This document shows, one piece after another, positions 48,501-58,407 of a stretch of 64,000 bases of DNA. Location: NCBI GenBank assembly GCA_963805975.1, contig CAWDVR010000006.1, forward strand, positions 256,001 through 320,000. Direction: 5' to 3'. A model generated the notes under the pieces. That model was not told where the DNA came from. It saw only the letters and a program-made list of their open reading frames with translations, and ran no database searches. How positions within the stretch are numbered: the first letter of the stretch is position 1; the number at the start of each line of letters is the position of its first letter. The position numbers and the translations under genes are program-made. This stretch comes from an uncultured Acidobacteriota bacterium (GTDB taxonomy: Bacteria > Acidobacteriota > Thermoanaerobaculia > Multivoradales > SZUA-115).

Positions 48501-50428
48501 GAGATGGACCGCGACTGCCAGACCCAGGACTTCACCTGCGTGGGCGTGGGCGACATGGCGGGCGACGTGTTCGGCAACGGCATGCTGCGCTCGCGCCACA
48601 CCAGGCTGCTGGCCGCCTTCAACCACATGCACATCTTCGTCGACCCGAACCCGGACCCGGAGGCGAGCTTCGTCGAGCGCCAGCGCCTCTTCGACCTGCC
48701 GCGCTCCACCTGGCGCGACTACGACCCGGCCAAGATCTCGGCCGGCGGCGCCGTCTTCGACCGCGGCCAGAAGTCGATCCCGGTCAGCACCGAGATGCGC
48801 CGCGCGCTGGGGATCGAGGGGACCTCGGCGACGCCCAGCCAGCTCATCCGGGCGATCCTCAAGGCCGACGTCGACCTGCTCTGGTTCGGCGGCATCGGCA
48901 CCTACGTCAAGGCCTCGGACGAGACCCATGCCCAGGTCAACGACCGCGCTAACGACGCCCTGCGCATCGACGGCAAGGAGCTGCGCGCCAAGGTGATCGG
49001 CGAGGGCGCGAACCTCGGGCTCACACAGCGCGGCCGGGTGGAGTTCGCGCTCGCCAGGGGTGGCCGGCTCAACACCGACGCCATCGACAACTCGGGCGGC
49101 GTCGACTGCTCGGACCACGAGGTCAACATCAAGATCCTGCTCAACGAGGTGGTGGCGGGCGGCGATCTGACCCTGAAGCAGCGCGACCAGCTCCTCGAGC
49201 AGATGACGAACGAGGTGGCGGAGCTGGTGCTGCGCGACAACTACCTCCAGACCCAGGCGATCACCGTTGCCGAATCGCAAGGGGTGGCGGGCCTCGACCG
49301 GCAGGTGCGGCTGATCCGCGAGCTGGAGCGCGCCGGCCGCCTGGACCGCGCGCTCGAGGGCCTGCCCGACGACGAGGACCTGGCCGACCGCCAGCGCGCC
49401 GGCAAGGGCCTGACGCGCCCGGAGCTCGCCGTTCTCCTCGCCTACAGCAAGATCACCCTCTACGACTCGCTCCTCGCCTCCGACCTGCCGGATGACGCGC
49501 TGGTGGCCGAGGATCTGTTCCTCTACTTCCCGACGCCGCTGCGCGAGCGGTTCCCGGACCCGGTCCGCGCCCACCGCCTGCGCCGCGAGATCATCGCCAC
49601 CCACGTCACCAACAGCATGGTGAACCGCGTGGGCCCGACCTTCGTGGCGCGCGTGCAGTCGGCGACCGGCGCCGGTGCCCCGGACGTCGCCAAGGCCTAT
49701 GCCATGGCTCGCGACGCCTTCGAGCTGCGTTCGATCTGGGCTGCGATCGAGGGGCTGGACAACCAGGTCCCCGCCGCGGCGCAGACCGCCATGCTGCACG
49801 AGACCAAGACGCTGGTGGAGTTCGCCACGTTGTGGTTCCTGCGCCGCCGGGTGGAGGACGTGACCGAGACCATGACCGTGTTCCGCCCCGGCATCGCGGC
49901 GCTCGCCGCCAACCCGGACGAGCTGCTCTCCGGCGCCGACCTCGCGCACCTGCGCCGCAACCAGAAGCGCTTCGAGAAGCAGGGCGTGCCCGAGGCCCTG
50001 GCGGCGCGGGTCTCGAGCCTCGACATGCTGGCCTCGGCGCTCGACATCGTGGACCTGGCGCGGGAGCGCCAGCGTTCCGTCGAGGAGGTGGCGAAGGTCT
50101 ACTTCCAGGTCGGCACGCGCTTCGGCTTCGACTGGCTGCGCGAGGAGGCCGAGAAGCTCGCGGCCGACACCCCGTGGCAGCGCGAGGCCAAGGCGACGAT
50201 GGTGCAGGAGCTCTACGACCAGCAGAGCGCCATCGCCCGCCAGGTGCTCACCGCCGCGTCCAGCCGGAGCGTCGGCGAAAGCCGCCCTCGACCACTGGGC
50301 CGAGAGCCGCGAAGCGGTGGCCCGGCGCAGCCGCGAGCAGATCACCGAGCTCAAAGCCGCGGGCACGCTCGACTACGCCATGCTCGCCGTCGCCAGGCAC
50401 CAGCTTGGCGGGGCTGGTGGCAGGGTAG
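45551..50428 (+). CDS. gdhB: Large NAD-specific glutamate dehydrogenase (frameshifts near 47720, 50280 and 50405)
   Basis: DDMPFLVDS, ARGGIRWSDR, QMVKNAVIVPVGAKGGF, DDPYLVVAADKGTATFSD, GVGDMAGDVFGNG and EGANLG motifs, joined across frames. Confidence 0.93.
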
Positions 50429-50438
50429 GGGAGCCGCG

Positions 50439-50951
50439 ATGCGCCACTCGGCAGCCGCAGTCGCCCTCGCCATGCTTCTCAGTGCGTGCCTTCCCTCGCC
50501 GGCCCACGCGATCGCCCCGGAGGCGGCCTCTGTCGAGACCGCCGTGGCCACGGCGCTCGACGCCTTCCACGCCGCCGCGGCGCGGGCCGACGAGGAGGCG
50601 TACTTCGGGCTGCTGGCACCGAACGCGGTGTTCCTGGGAACGGACGCCACCGAGCGCTGGGACAAGGCGGCGTTCCGCGCCTTCGCCCACCCGTACTTCG
50701 CCGCGGGCAAGGCCTGGACTTTCGTCCCCCGCGATCGGCACGTCGACTTCTCGGCGGACGGCCGCGTGGCCTGGTTCGACGAGCTGCTGGACAGCGCGAG
50801 CTACGGCGAGTGCCGGGGGACCGGCGTCCTGGAACTGGGCGCGGAGGGCTGGAAGATCACGCAGTACCACCTCACCATCCCGATGCCGAACGACCTCGCC
50901 AAGGAGCTGGTGGCCCGCATCCGCGCGGCCTCGAAACCGGCACCACCGTAA
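50439..50951 (+). CDS. Secreted SnoaL/NTF2 family protein
   Basis: Signal peptide; FLGTDATERW, AWFDELL, CRGTGVL and WKITQYHL motifs. Confidence 0.88.
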   Translation: MRHSAAAVALAMLLSACLPSPAHAIAPEAASVETAVATALDAFHAAAARADEEAYFGLLAPNAVFLGTDATERWDKAAFRAFAHPYFAAGKAWTFVPRDRHVDFSADGRVAWFDELLDSASYGECRGTGVLELGAEGWKITQYHLTIPMPNDLAKELVARIRAASKPAPP

Positions 50952-50985
50952 GAAGGCCGCCGGGCTCGAGCTGCGGAGACATCTC

Positions 50986-51471
50986 ATGCACAATGCCTTC
51001 CTCATCCTGCGGGCTCTGGTGTTCGCCGCCGGTTTCATCTCGTTGTGGGTGTGGATCGCAGTCTCGATCCAGCCCCTGGACAACCGGCTGGACTGGAGTA
51101 TCGCGCCCTGGCTACGGCCCGCCGGCATCCCCATCGCCGTCATCGGGGCGCTGCTCGCCGCCTGGTGCGGTGCGACTTTCGTCACCAAGGGCCGCGGCAC
51201 GCCGGCGCCCTTCGACCCTCCGCGTGAGTTCGTCGCCAGCGGCCCGTACCGGTTCGTTCGCAACCCGATGTACATCGGTGGTGCCTCGGTGATCCTGGGA
51301 GCCGGTCTCGCCCTGGCCTCGCCTTCGATCGTTCTCCTGGCCGGGCTCTTCCTGGTGCTGGCGCACCTCTTGGTGGTGCTCTACGAAGAGCGAACGCTGG
51401 CGAGGCGCTTCGGGCCGAGCTATGCCGAGTACAAGGCGGCGGTGCGGCGCTGGCTGCCGGGCTGGGCCTAG
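50986..51471 (+). CDS. Isoprenylcysteine carboxylmethyltransferase (ICMT/PEMT) family protein
   Basis: GRGTPAPFDPP, GPYRFVRNPMY and EE..L..RFG..Y..Y...V.RW motifs. Confidence 0.92.
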   Translation: MHNAFLILRALVFAAGFISLWVWIAVSIQPLDNRLDWSIAPWLRPAGIPIAVIGALLAAWCGATFVTKGRGTPAPFDPPREFVASGPYRFVRNPMYIGGASVILGAGLALASPSIVLLAGLFLVLAHLLVVLYEERTLARRFGPSYAEYKAAVRRWLPGWA

Positions 51472-51565
51472 GGTTTCCCGACGCGCGAGTCGCGCTGGTT
51501 GACCCGCCGCTGGCGGCTGCCGGTTTCCGTCGAGACGGCGGACCAGCCCGGAGGCCTTCGAGGCT

Positions 51566-53308
51566 TCACGCCGGTAGTCGGAACGCGGCCATCTCCTCGC
51601 CATTGCGCACCAGAAGAATGTCGCCGACCAGCGCCGGCTGGCTCCAGGTCTTGCCCGCGAGCACCGCGATCCGCGCGAGCTCGGCGAAGCGCTCGGGGCT
51701 GGCTTCGACGAGCGCCAGCTCGCCCTGCTCGGTCAGCACCAGCAACAGATCCTGATCGGGCAACAGCATGAGCTGACCTTCGCCGTAGCGTCCGCCCTTC
51801 CACACGCGCTCGCCGGTCTCGAGGTCGACGCAGGCGAGGATGCTGCCGTCGAAACCGTAGGCCCGATCTTTGTGCACGACGACGTCGCTGAACGAGGTCT
51901 TGAGCCCTCTCGACGTCCAGCGTTCCTCGACGCTCCACCCCCCGGCACCGTTCGCCACCGTGATGCGGCGCGTGCCGATCGGAGAGGCGCCGCTGTCGAC
52001 CAGGCTGATCAGCAGATCGCCGTCCGCGATCCGGGCCGGCTGGACGATGCCGATGCCCGGCCATGGGTGCTCCCAGAGCAGGCTGCCGTCGGTCGGCGAG
52101 ACGCTGATCGTGGCGGCATGGCCGAGCAGCAGGATCTGCGGGACTCCCGCGATCGTCAGCAGATGCGGCGAGCTGTAGCTCCCCCGCTTGGCCGGGCCAT
52201 GCCAGCGCGGCTCACCGGTGGCGAGGTCGTAGGCGACGAGCAAGCCCGCCTGGACGATCAGCAGGTCGCCGACCACCAGCGGCGAGCTCACGAAGCCCCA
52301 CATCGGGAGCTTCGCGCCGCCATCGGCCGCCGCGTCGCGGGACCAGACGACGGCGCCGGTGTCGGCGTCCAAGGCGTTCAGGATCCCCGTCGCCCCCAGG
52401 GTGTAGACGCGGCCGCCGGCTATGGCCGGCGTCGCGCGCGGGCCGGCGCCGACGTGCGCGTCCCAGAACCGGGCCGCGTCGTGATGCTGCCACACCGGCT
52501 CGCCGGTCTCGAGGTGGTAGGCGGTTACGAGCTCGTCATCACCGCGCTGCTCCTGGGTGTAGAGGAGCTTGCCTTGCGCGGCGAACGACGAGACGCCCGG
52601 CCCGATCGGCCGCCGCCAGAGCTCGACGGGCGGCGAGCCAGACCAGTCGGTCGCGATCCGGAGGCCCCTGACGATGCCGTCGCGATCCGGTCCCCGCAGA
52701 CCGGGCCACTCGGCTCCGCTCTCCGGGCCGACCTCCGCGGCGAGGGCAGGCGACCGCCGGGGTACCCCGAGCTCACCGTCGGCTTCGGCGAGCAGGCGCT
52801 CTTCGGGAGTCTCTGTCCACCGCCAGGTGAATTCCGCCATGCCGTTGCCGGTGACGCCGTTGCTCCTGAGGAGCGTCCACGCTCCGCAGGCGAAGAGGAT
52901 GGCTGCGGCCATCGTCGCGCGGCGCCGCCCCTTCGACAGGCGCCGGCTGGCCACCGCTCCGGCCACGAAGGCGAGGCTCAGGATGGGGACCCCGTGGAGG
53001 ATGTACTGGTACCCCATGTTTCCCCGCGCCACCGACACGTGGAGGAAGGGGGTCGTCGCGACCATGCCGGCGATCGCCAGGGCGAGGGCGCCGAGGCGCT
53101 CCGACCACGGAGCGCGGCTCAAGAGCAGCCACCAGAGGAGAATCAGGAGCGCTCCCGCGAAGGCGCCCAGGACGCCGGACATCAGGGCCCCGGGGGCGAA
53201 GGCCGGCACCACGTACCGTACCGCGACCAGCAACAACGCGAGCATCACGCCGGGCCACAGCCGGAGCTGAGGCTCCGGAGTTGTCCTGGCGGTTTCCAGA
53301 CGGGTCAT
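51566..53308 (-). CDS. PQQ-binding-like beta-propeller with N-terminal TM segments
   Basis: Five hydrophobic helices, then WPGLRGPDRDG, YTQEQRG, GPRATP and WKGGRYG. Confidence 0.9.
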   Translation of the reverse strand: MTRLETARTTPEPQLRLWPGVMLALLLVAVRYVVPAFAPGALMSGVLGAFAGALLILLWWLLLSRAPWSERLGALALAIAGMVATTPFLHVSVARGNMGYQYILHGVPILSLAFVAGAVASRRLSKGRRRATMAAAILFACGAWTLLRSNGVTGNGMAEFTWRWTETPEERLLAEADGELGVPRRSPALAAEVGPESGAEWPGLRGPDRDGIVRGLRIATDWSGSPPVELWRRPIGPGVSSFAAQGKLLYTQEQRGDDELVTAYHLETGEPVWQHHDAARFWDAHVGAGPRATPAIAGGRVYTLGATGILNALDADTGAVVWSRDAAADGGAKLPMWGFVSSPLVVGDLLIVQAGLLVAYDLATGEPRWHGPAKRGSYSSPHLLTIAGVPQILLLGHAATISVSPTDGSLLWEHPWPGIGIVQPARIADGDLLISLVDSGASPIGTRRITVANGAGGWSVEERWTSRGLKTSFSDVVVHKDRAYGFDGSILACVDLETGERVWKGGRYGEGQLMLLPDQDLLLVLTEQGELALVEASPERFAELARIAVLAGKTWSQPALVGDILLVRNGEEMAAFRLPA

Positions 53309-53364
53309 CGAGATCTCCTTCGAGTGGCGCCGCGAGGCGCATGAGTTCGGGCTGGCCGTGGCCC

Positions 53365-54303
53365 TCAGTTGGGCTCCCGAGTGCGACGGAGTCGCGCGGC
53401 CAAGGCGAGGCAGCCCGCGGCGAACACCAACCCGGTCCAAAGTCCCGGGCTGCCCAAGAATCGCCGCGGATCGAGCTGCGCCAACCGATCGATCAATCCC
53501 GCGTCGCCACTGCCCGGCGTGAGGACGAAGGCTTCCTTCATGGCGCCGCTCAGGCGGTAGCAGAGGAACGACGCGAAGTGCGAGCTGCCCAGGGCCAGCT
53601 TCTCGACGGCCCCGACAGCGACGGGAGGCAGGACGACCCACAGCACGGGCAGACGCCGCGCCCAAGCCGAGACCAGGAGCACCCAGGTGTAGATCGGCGC
53701 GAACCAGAGGGAGTGCACGGTCAGGCCATAGAGCATGACCAGGGGCCCCTCGACCAAGCTGAGCTCGGCCCAGAGCGGGGAGGGGCTCATGCCGCTCGCC
53801 GAGAGCATCAAGGTACCCGCGAGGACGAGCGCGGCGAAGGTGACCCAGGAGAGAGCGAGCGCGAGCGCCGGCAGCACCACGAGGGGGATGCTCGCCTTGG
53901 CGAGGACGGTCGTGAGGTCGGAAACCGGCAGCGACTTCCAGAACAAGACGCTGCGGTCGCGGCGCTCGCCGTAGAGGGCGTCGAGCGCGTAGAAGAGGCC
54001 GACGAGGAAGGCGACCAACATGACCGGCGCCGGTGCGAGGCTGAAGGGCTGGACCACCAGGAGGTGCCGCTCGGCCGCGTCGAGAGTCGGGTAACTCTTC
54101 ATCGTCTCGGGCAGACGGGTCAGGTGGAGCAGGCTGCCGAGAAGGACGAGCGCGGCTACCACGAGGAGGGCCCTCCAGATGGTGCGGCTCTCCCAGAGCT
54201 CGCGCCGCACCGACCAGTAGAACGGTCGCGTGGGTCTCGCTGCGCCTGCCGCGGCTCCGGAGCCAGTTGCCGGCACCGGCGGAATGGTCTCTTCGGGGTT
54301 CAT
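53365..54303 (-). CDS. ABC-2 permease
   Basis: VRRELWE and LYGERRDRSVLFWKSLPVSD motifs; multiple TM helices. Confidence 0.9.
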   Translation of the reverse strand: MNPEETIPPVPATGSGAAAGAARPTRPFYWSVRRELWESRTIWRALLVVAALVLLGSLLHLTRLPETMKSYPTLDAAERHLLVVQPFSLAPAPVMLVAFLVGLFYALDALYGERRDRSVLFWKSLPVSDLTTVLAKASIPLVVLPALALALSWVTFAALVLAGTLMLSASGMSPSPLWAELSLVEGPLVMLYGLTVHSLWFAPIYTWVLLVSAWARRLPVLWVVLPPVAVGAVEKLALGSSHFASFLCYRLSGAMKEAFVLTPGSGDAGLIDRLAQLDPRRFLGSPGLWTGLVFAAGCLALAARLRRTREPN

Positions 54304-55163
54304 GGGCTGGCCTCTTTGCGCTCACCCAGGAGCGCCACGAAGAGGTCTTCGACGCTGGGCGCGCGGAGCTCTCCCAGCATGGCGAGCCGCTCGCGGTCGG
54401 CGCCGTCGTAGAGCAGCAGGCTCTGCCCCAGCCGCCGGCGCTCGTGGATCGGCGAGAGCGCCCGCGCCTCATCGACCTTCTCGGGGCGCGCCAGCAACTC
54501 GACGTAGCGCGACTCGAAGCTCTCCATGGCGCATTGGAGAACGATGCGGCCGTGGTCGAGGAAGGCAAAGTCGGTGAGCAGATCCTGGATCTCGTCCACC
54601 TGGTGGGTGGTCACCACGATGGTGCGGCTGCCGTCGAAGTAGTCGTGGAGCAGCGCGTCGAAGAACCGCTTGCGGTAGAGGATGTCGAGGCCGAGCGTCG
54701 GCTCGTCCAGCACCAGCAGCCTGGCGTCGATCGCCATTGCGAGCGCCAGGTGGAGCTGGGTCACCATCCCCTTCGACAGCTCGCGAACGCGGCTCGTGGA
54801 GCGGATCTCGGTCTTGGCGAGGAAACGCTCCGCGACCCCGCGATCGAATCGGGGATGCACGCCGCCCACGAAGTCGAGGAGCCGGGAGACCCGGATCCAG
54901 CGCGGCAACACGGCGACGTCGGCGATGAAGGCGACGTCGCTCACCAGCCGGTCGCGCTCGGTGCGGGGATCGAGCCCGAGCACCGAGAGCTCACCCTGAC
55001 AGGGAACGAGGCCGAGGATGGCCTGGAGCACCGTCGTCTTGCCGGCGCCGTTCGGGCCGATGAGCCCGAAGATCCGGCCTTCCTCCACCCGGAGATCGAC
55101 GCCGCACAGCGCGACTTTCGTTCCGTACGATTTGCTGAGCCCGCGGGCTTCGATACAGGGCAT
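54300..55163 (-). CDS. ABC transporter ATP-binding protein
   Basis: GPNGAGKTT, LSKGM and LLVLDEPTLGLD motifs. Confidence 0.95.
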   Translation of the reverse strand: MPCIEARGLSKSYGTKVALCGVDLRVEEGRIFGLIGPNGAGKTTVLQAILGLVPCQGELSVLGLDPRTERDRLVSDVAFIADVAVLPRWIRVSRLLDFVGGVHPRFDRGVAERFLAKTEIRSTSRVRELSKGMVTQLHLALAMAIDARLLVLDEPTLGLDILYRKRFFDALLHDYFDGSRTIVVTTHQVDEIQDLLTDFAFLDHGRIVLQCAMESFESRYVELLARPEKVDEARALSPIHERRRLGQSLLLYDGADRERLAMLGELRAPSVEDLFVALLGERKEASP

Positions 55164-55167
55164 GGCT

Positions 55168-55557
55168 TCAGGGCTCCTCACCGTTCGCCGTCGAGGCAGG
55201 TTCCGGCGCGGCGGGCTCGAGCAACTCCTCGGTCGAGAGCCCGAGCCGCCGGATGGTGGCCTGGATGCGCGGCCATAGCTCGGTGAGAAAGACTCGCCGC
55301 TCTGCCGCGAGCAGCAGCGCACGCGCCCCGAGGCTGACGTACATCCCCAGGCCTCGGCGCTTCTCGACCAGCTGCTCCTCGGCGAGCCGTTGATAGGCCT
55401 TCAACACGGTGAGCGGGTTGACCCGATAGTCGGCCGCGACCTGCCGAACCGAGGGCAGGGGATCGCCCTCGGTGATCGCCCCCTCGAGAATCCTCGCCAC
55501 CACGAGGTCGCGGATCTGCCGGTAGATCGGCTGGCCGTCGTTCCATTCGCGCTCCAT
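55168..55557 (-). CDS. GntR family regulator, YtrA subfamily
   Basis: WNDGQPIYRQI, LPSVRQVA, NPLTVLKAY and KRRGLGM motifs. Confidence 0.95.
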   Translation of the reverse strand: MEREWNDGQPIYRQIRDLVVARILEGAITEGDPLPSVRQVAADYRVNPLTVLKAYQRLAEEQLVEKRRGLGMYVSLGARALLLAAERRVFLTELWPRIQATIRRLGLSTEELLEPAAPEPASTANGEEP

Positions 55558-55671
55558 CGATGTGAGATCGCTCTACGTTTTCGGAGTCAACCAGCGGCGG
55601 TCGCGCGCCGCGCGAACCTCCATCGGCCCGTCCCGCTCCTCGTGTGGCTCGACAGGCCCCGTGCGTCGCAC

Positions 55672-55707
55672 TGTTGTAGTTGACTACAACACTGATGCAG
55701 ATGTCAA
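55672..55707 (-). promoter_or_regulatory. GntR/YtrA operator palindrome next to a -35 box
   Basis: Perfect inverted repeat TGTTGTAGT-tg-ACTACAACA (55672-55691); TTGACA on the minus strand at 55702-55707. Confidence 0.78.
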
Positions 55708-55821
55708 GCAGCACGACAGGCTCAGGTGGCACTGCCCGGCGTAATCTCGTCGCCGCTCCGTGCGTAAGCTACATAAGCCGCGACGCGGTACTGAGGTTGT
55801 GTCTTCTGGGGAGAGTCGATC

Positions 55822-57195
55822 ATGACGAGAGCCACGATCGCGCGCGGGGCGTTCGCCACCATGGTCGTCCTCCTCGCCGTCGCCGCCGGCTACCGGGCGC
55901 TCGACCAGGACGTCCACCCCGCCGCGGCGACATCGCCCGCGATCCCGCCCTCCACTACGCCGGCGGCGGAGACCCTCCCGGCGGCGGAGACCCACCAGGG
56001 GTTCCTCTACGGCCGGATCACCACCGTCGACGGCGCCACCTACGAGGGGCGGCTGCGCTGGGGGGGCGACGAGGAGGCGTTCTGGGGCGACTACTTCAAC
56101 GGCTCCAAGCACGAGAACCCCTGGCTCGCCCACGTGCCGCCCGAGCGGCTGCCCAAGGAGCGCCGCCCGATCGAGATCTTCGGGATCAAGATCGCCGACC
56201 GGGAGCGCCAGATCGACCTCGGCCGGCTTTTCATGGCGCGCTTCGGCGACATCGCGCGCATCGAGGCGCACGGCAAAGAGGTGCGGGTGACGCTCAAGAG
56301 CGGGACCGTGTTCGACCTCGACCGCTTCGAGGCCAGCGACTTCGACGACGACGTGCGGGTGTGGGACGGCAGGCGGGGCGTCGTCGACCTCGACAGTCTG
56401 CGGATCCGCACGATCGAGCTCCTCCCCACGCCCGCGCTGGGCGCCGCCCCCTCCCGGCTGCACGGTACCGTGCGCACGCGGCAGGGCGACTTCACCGGCT
56501 TCGTCGCAGTGGGACCGGGAGGAGTGCGTCGGCACCGACGAGCTCGACGGCCGCACCGCCGAGGGCGAGCTCAGCCTGCGCTTCGACACCATCCGCTCCA
56601 TCGCGCGCCGCTCGCGCGACAGCTCCTGGTGACGCTGCTCGACGGCCGCGAGATCGTGCTCTCCGACACCGGCGAGGTCGGCCACGGCAACCGCGGGATC
56701 TACGTCGACGACCGGCGCTACGGCCGGGTGCTGATCTCCTGGGACGCCTTCGAGCGCGTCGACTTCAGCCCCGGCGGCAGCGGCCCCGCCTACGGCGACT
56801 TCCCGCCGGGGCGCCCGCTCACGGGCAGCGTCACCACCCGCGACGGCCGCCGCCTCGCCGGCCGGCTGGTCTACGACCTCGACGAGAGCGAGACCACCGA
56901 GACGCTCGACGCCCCATCCCAGGGCGTGGACTACACCATCCCCTTCGGCCTGATCGCCTCGATCGTGCCCCCCGGCCGCGAAGAGCGCGGCGCCCAGCGC
57001 GCCAGGGTGACCCTCCATGACGGCGAGGAGCTGCAGCTCGAGCGCGCCGGCGACCTCGGCGAGGGGAATGCCGGCATGCTGATCTTCGTCGACGACGGTC
57101 AGCGCCCCGAGTACGTGCCCTGGACCGACGTCGAGCAGGTCGACTTCGACCGCCCGCCGGCGATGTATCCACCGTTCAGAATGGAAAGAGGATGA
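55822..57195 (+). CDS. Exported hypothetical protein with three internal repeats (compensating frameshifts near 56507 and 56625)
   Basis: Repeats YGRITT..G..YEGRLRW / HGTVRT..G.FTGFVQWD / TGSVTT.DG..LAGRLVYD; the middle repeat is restored in the alternative frame. Confidence 0.82.
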   Translation: MTRATIARGAFATMVVLLAVAAGYRALDQDVHPAAATSPAIPPSTTPAAETLPAAETHQGFLYGRITTVDGATYEGRLRWGGDEEAFWGDYFNGSKHENPWLAHVPPERLPKERRPIEIFGIKIADRERQIDLGRLFMARFGDIARIEAHGKEVRVTLKSGTVFDLDRFEASDFDDDVRVWDGRRGVVDLDSLRIRTIELLPTPALGAAPSRLHGTVRTRQGDFTGFVAVGPGGVRRHRRARRPHRRGRAQPALRHHPLHRAPLARQLLVTLLDGREIVLSDTGEVGHGNRGIYVDDRRYGRVLISWDAFERVDFSPGGSGPAYGDFPPGRPLTGSVTTRDGRRLAGRLVYDLDESETTETLDAPSQGVDYTIPFGLIASIVPPGREERGAQRARVTLHDGEELQLERAGDLGEGNAGMLIFVDDGQRPEYVPWTDVEQVDFDRPPAMYPPFRMERG

Positions 57196-57463
57196 CACCG
57201 AGGCGAGCGTCCGGCTCCTCACCGAGGCGGCGGGACTCTTCCGGAGCGCCGGCGAGCCACGGCGCGAGGCCCTGGCCTGGGTGCGGCTTGCCGTCGTGCT
57301 CGAACACGCGGACCTTGGGGCCGAAGCCGAGCAGGCGTGGGCGCGAGTGAAGGAGATCGGCCGGCAGGAACGCTTCGAGATCAACGCGCGCCCCAACGAC
57401 ACTCTCCTGCGCGATCTCCTGGCGCACCTCAGCGAGGAAGAGCTGGGAGGCGAGCCGTCGTGA
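57176..57463 (+). pseudogene. 5'-truncated remnant of a helical/TPR-like gene
   Basis: Frame reads EWKEDDTEASVRLLTEAAGLFRSAGEPRREALAWVRLA...GGEPS* with no start codon or SD before the TPR-like part. Confidence 0.45.
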
Positions 57464-57557
57464 GGAAGGGCTCATGAGAGGCGGGACAGCCTGGGGACGG
57501 CCTTCGGCCTGCGCCGACAGGTAGCATTCGGAAACCCAAGCCAGTCCCGGAGGCACG

Positions 57558-58148
57558 ATGGCGCTCACCGAAGGCCAGGCGATCACGATGCTGCGTACTC
57601 GACCGGTGGAGTTCCTCAGCAAGCACTCTGTGATGCCGGGTGCTCTCACTGGGGTTGGAGCCCGCGAGTTCCGCATGATTGACACCGGAAGGACGATCGA
57701 CCGCCCCTCAACCATCTTTGGCGGATTCAGAAGTAAGCAGGGGCAGCACTTCAAGGTGAACCCTTTCGGCCAGGAAGGAGGCACGCCCTTTCAGGCCTGG
57801 CAAATCCCGCTCCAGCGCGGCAACGTGCCGATGACTCTGGCAACCCTGCCCAATATTCGGGGAGCGATCATGATCACCAGCCAGATGACCCACTGTTCCT
57901 TCGTGATCGAGCGCACCGGGGGCACCTGTCGCGTCGCGCACGTCCAGCCGACTGGCGGCGAGAACGGCGTCGATCTCCAGCGGCGCCTGACCCAGCGGGG
58001 ACGAACCGTCTACGGGCTGGCGAGCTACCAGAACAATGGTATGTATGCGACGCTGGTTGGTGTATGCAATGGGTGGGGACGCTGGGAGTTCTTCCGACAG
58101 AATCTCCAAGGCCGCAACGTGACCAGCGCTGGACAGCTCGCCACCTAA
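57558..58148 (+). CDS. Putative CNF1/BLF1-type Cys-His deamidase
   Basis: IMITSQMTHCSFVI...RVAHVQP with Cys and His 15 residues apart; GGAGG SD. Confidence 0.65.
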   Translation: MALTEGQAITMLRTRPVEFLSKHSVMPGALTGVGAREFRMIDTGRTIDRPSTIFGGFRSKQGQHFKVNPFGQEGGTPFQAWQIPLQRGNVPMTLATLPNIRGAIMITSQMTHCSFVIERTGGTCRVAHVQPTGGENGVDLQRRLTQRGRTVYGLASYQNNGMYATLVGVCNGWGRWEFFRQNLQGRNVTSAGQLAT

Positions 58149-58407
58149 GCGACCGCCCGTCTGCTCGAGCCGCGTTCCAGCCGCGACGTAGCCCTCCCGA
58201 GCTCGGGTCAAGACAGCCCTTCGGCGTGGAGTGACTACAACCCTCCCCAGGAGATGGCGGGCGTCCCTCCAGAAGGCCGCTGATCAAGGGCCGCTCTCTC
58301 AAGGTGAGCGAGTCTCGGGCACCGATAGATTTTCGGGCCAATCAGCGTCCCACCTATCGCCGCGCGGCGGCACGCTTCGGGACTCCCTTCTGGGAGCGAC
58401 GTTGCGG

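Noticed and set aside
47736-51471. Apparent GDH-SnoaL and GDH-ICMT fusions in the ORF track
   Set aside because: Artefacts of frameshifts near 50280 and 50405; the downstream genes have their own ATG starts
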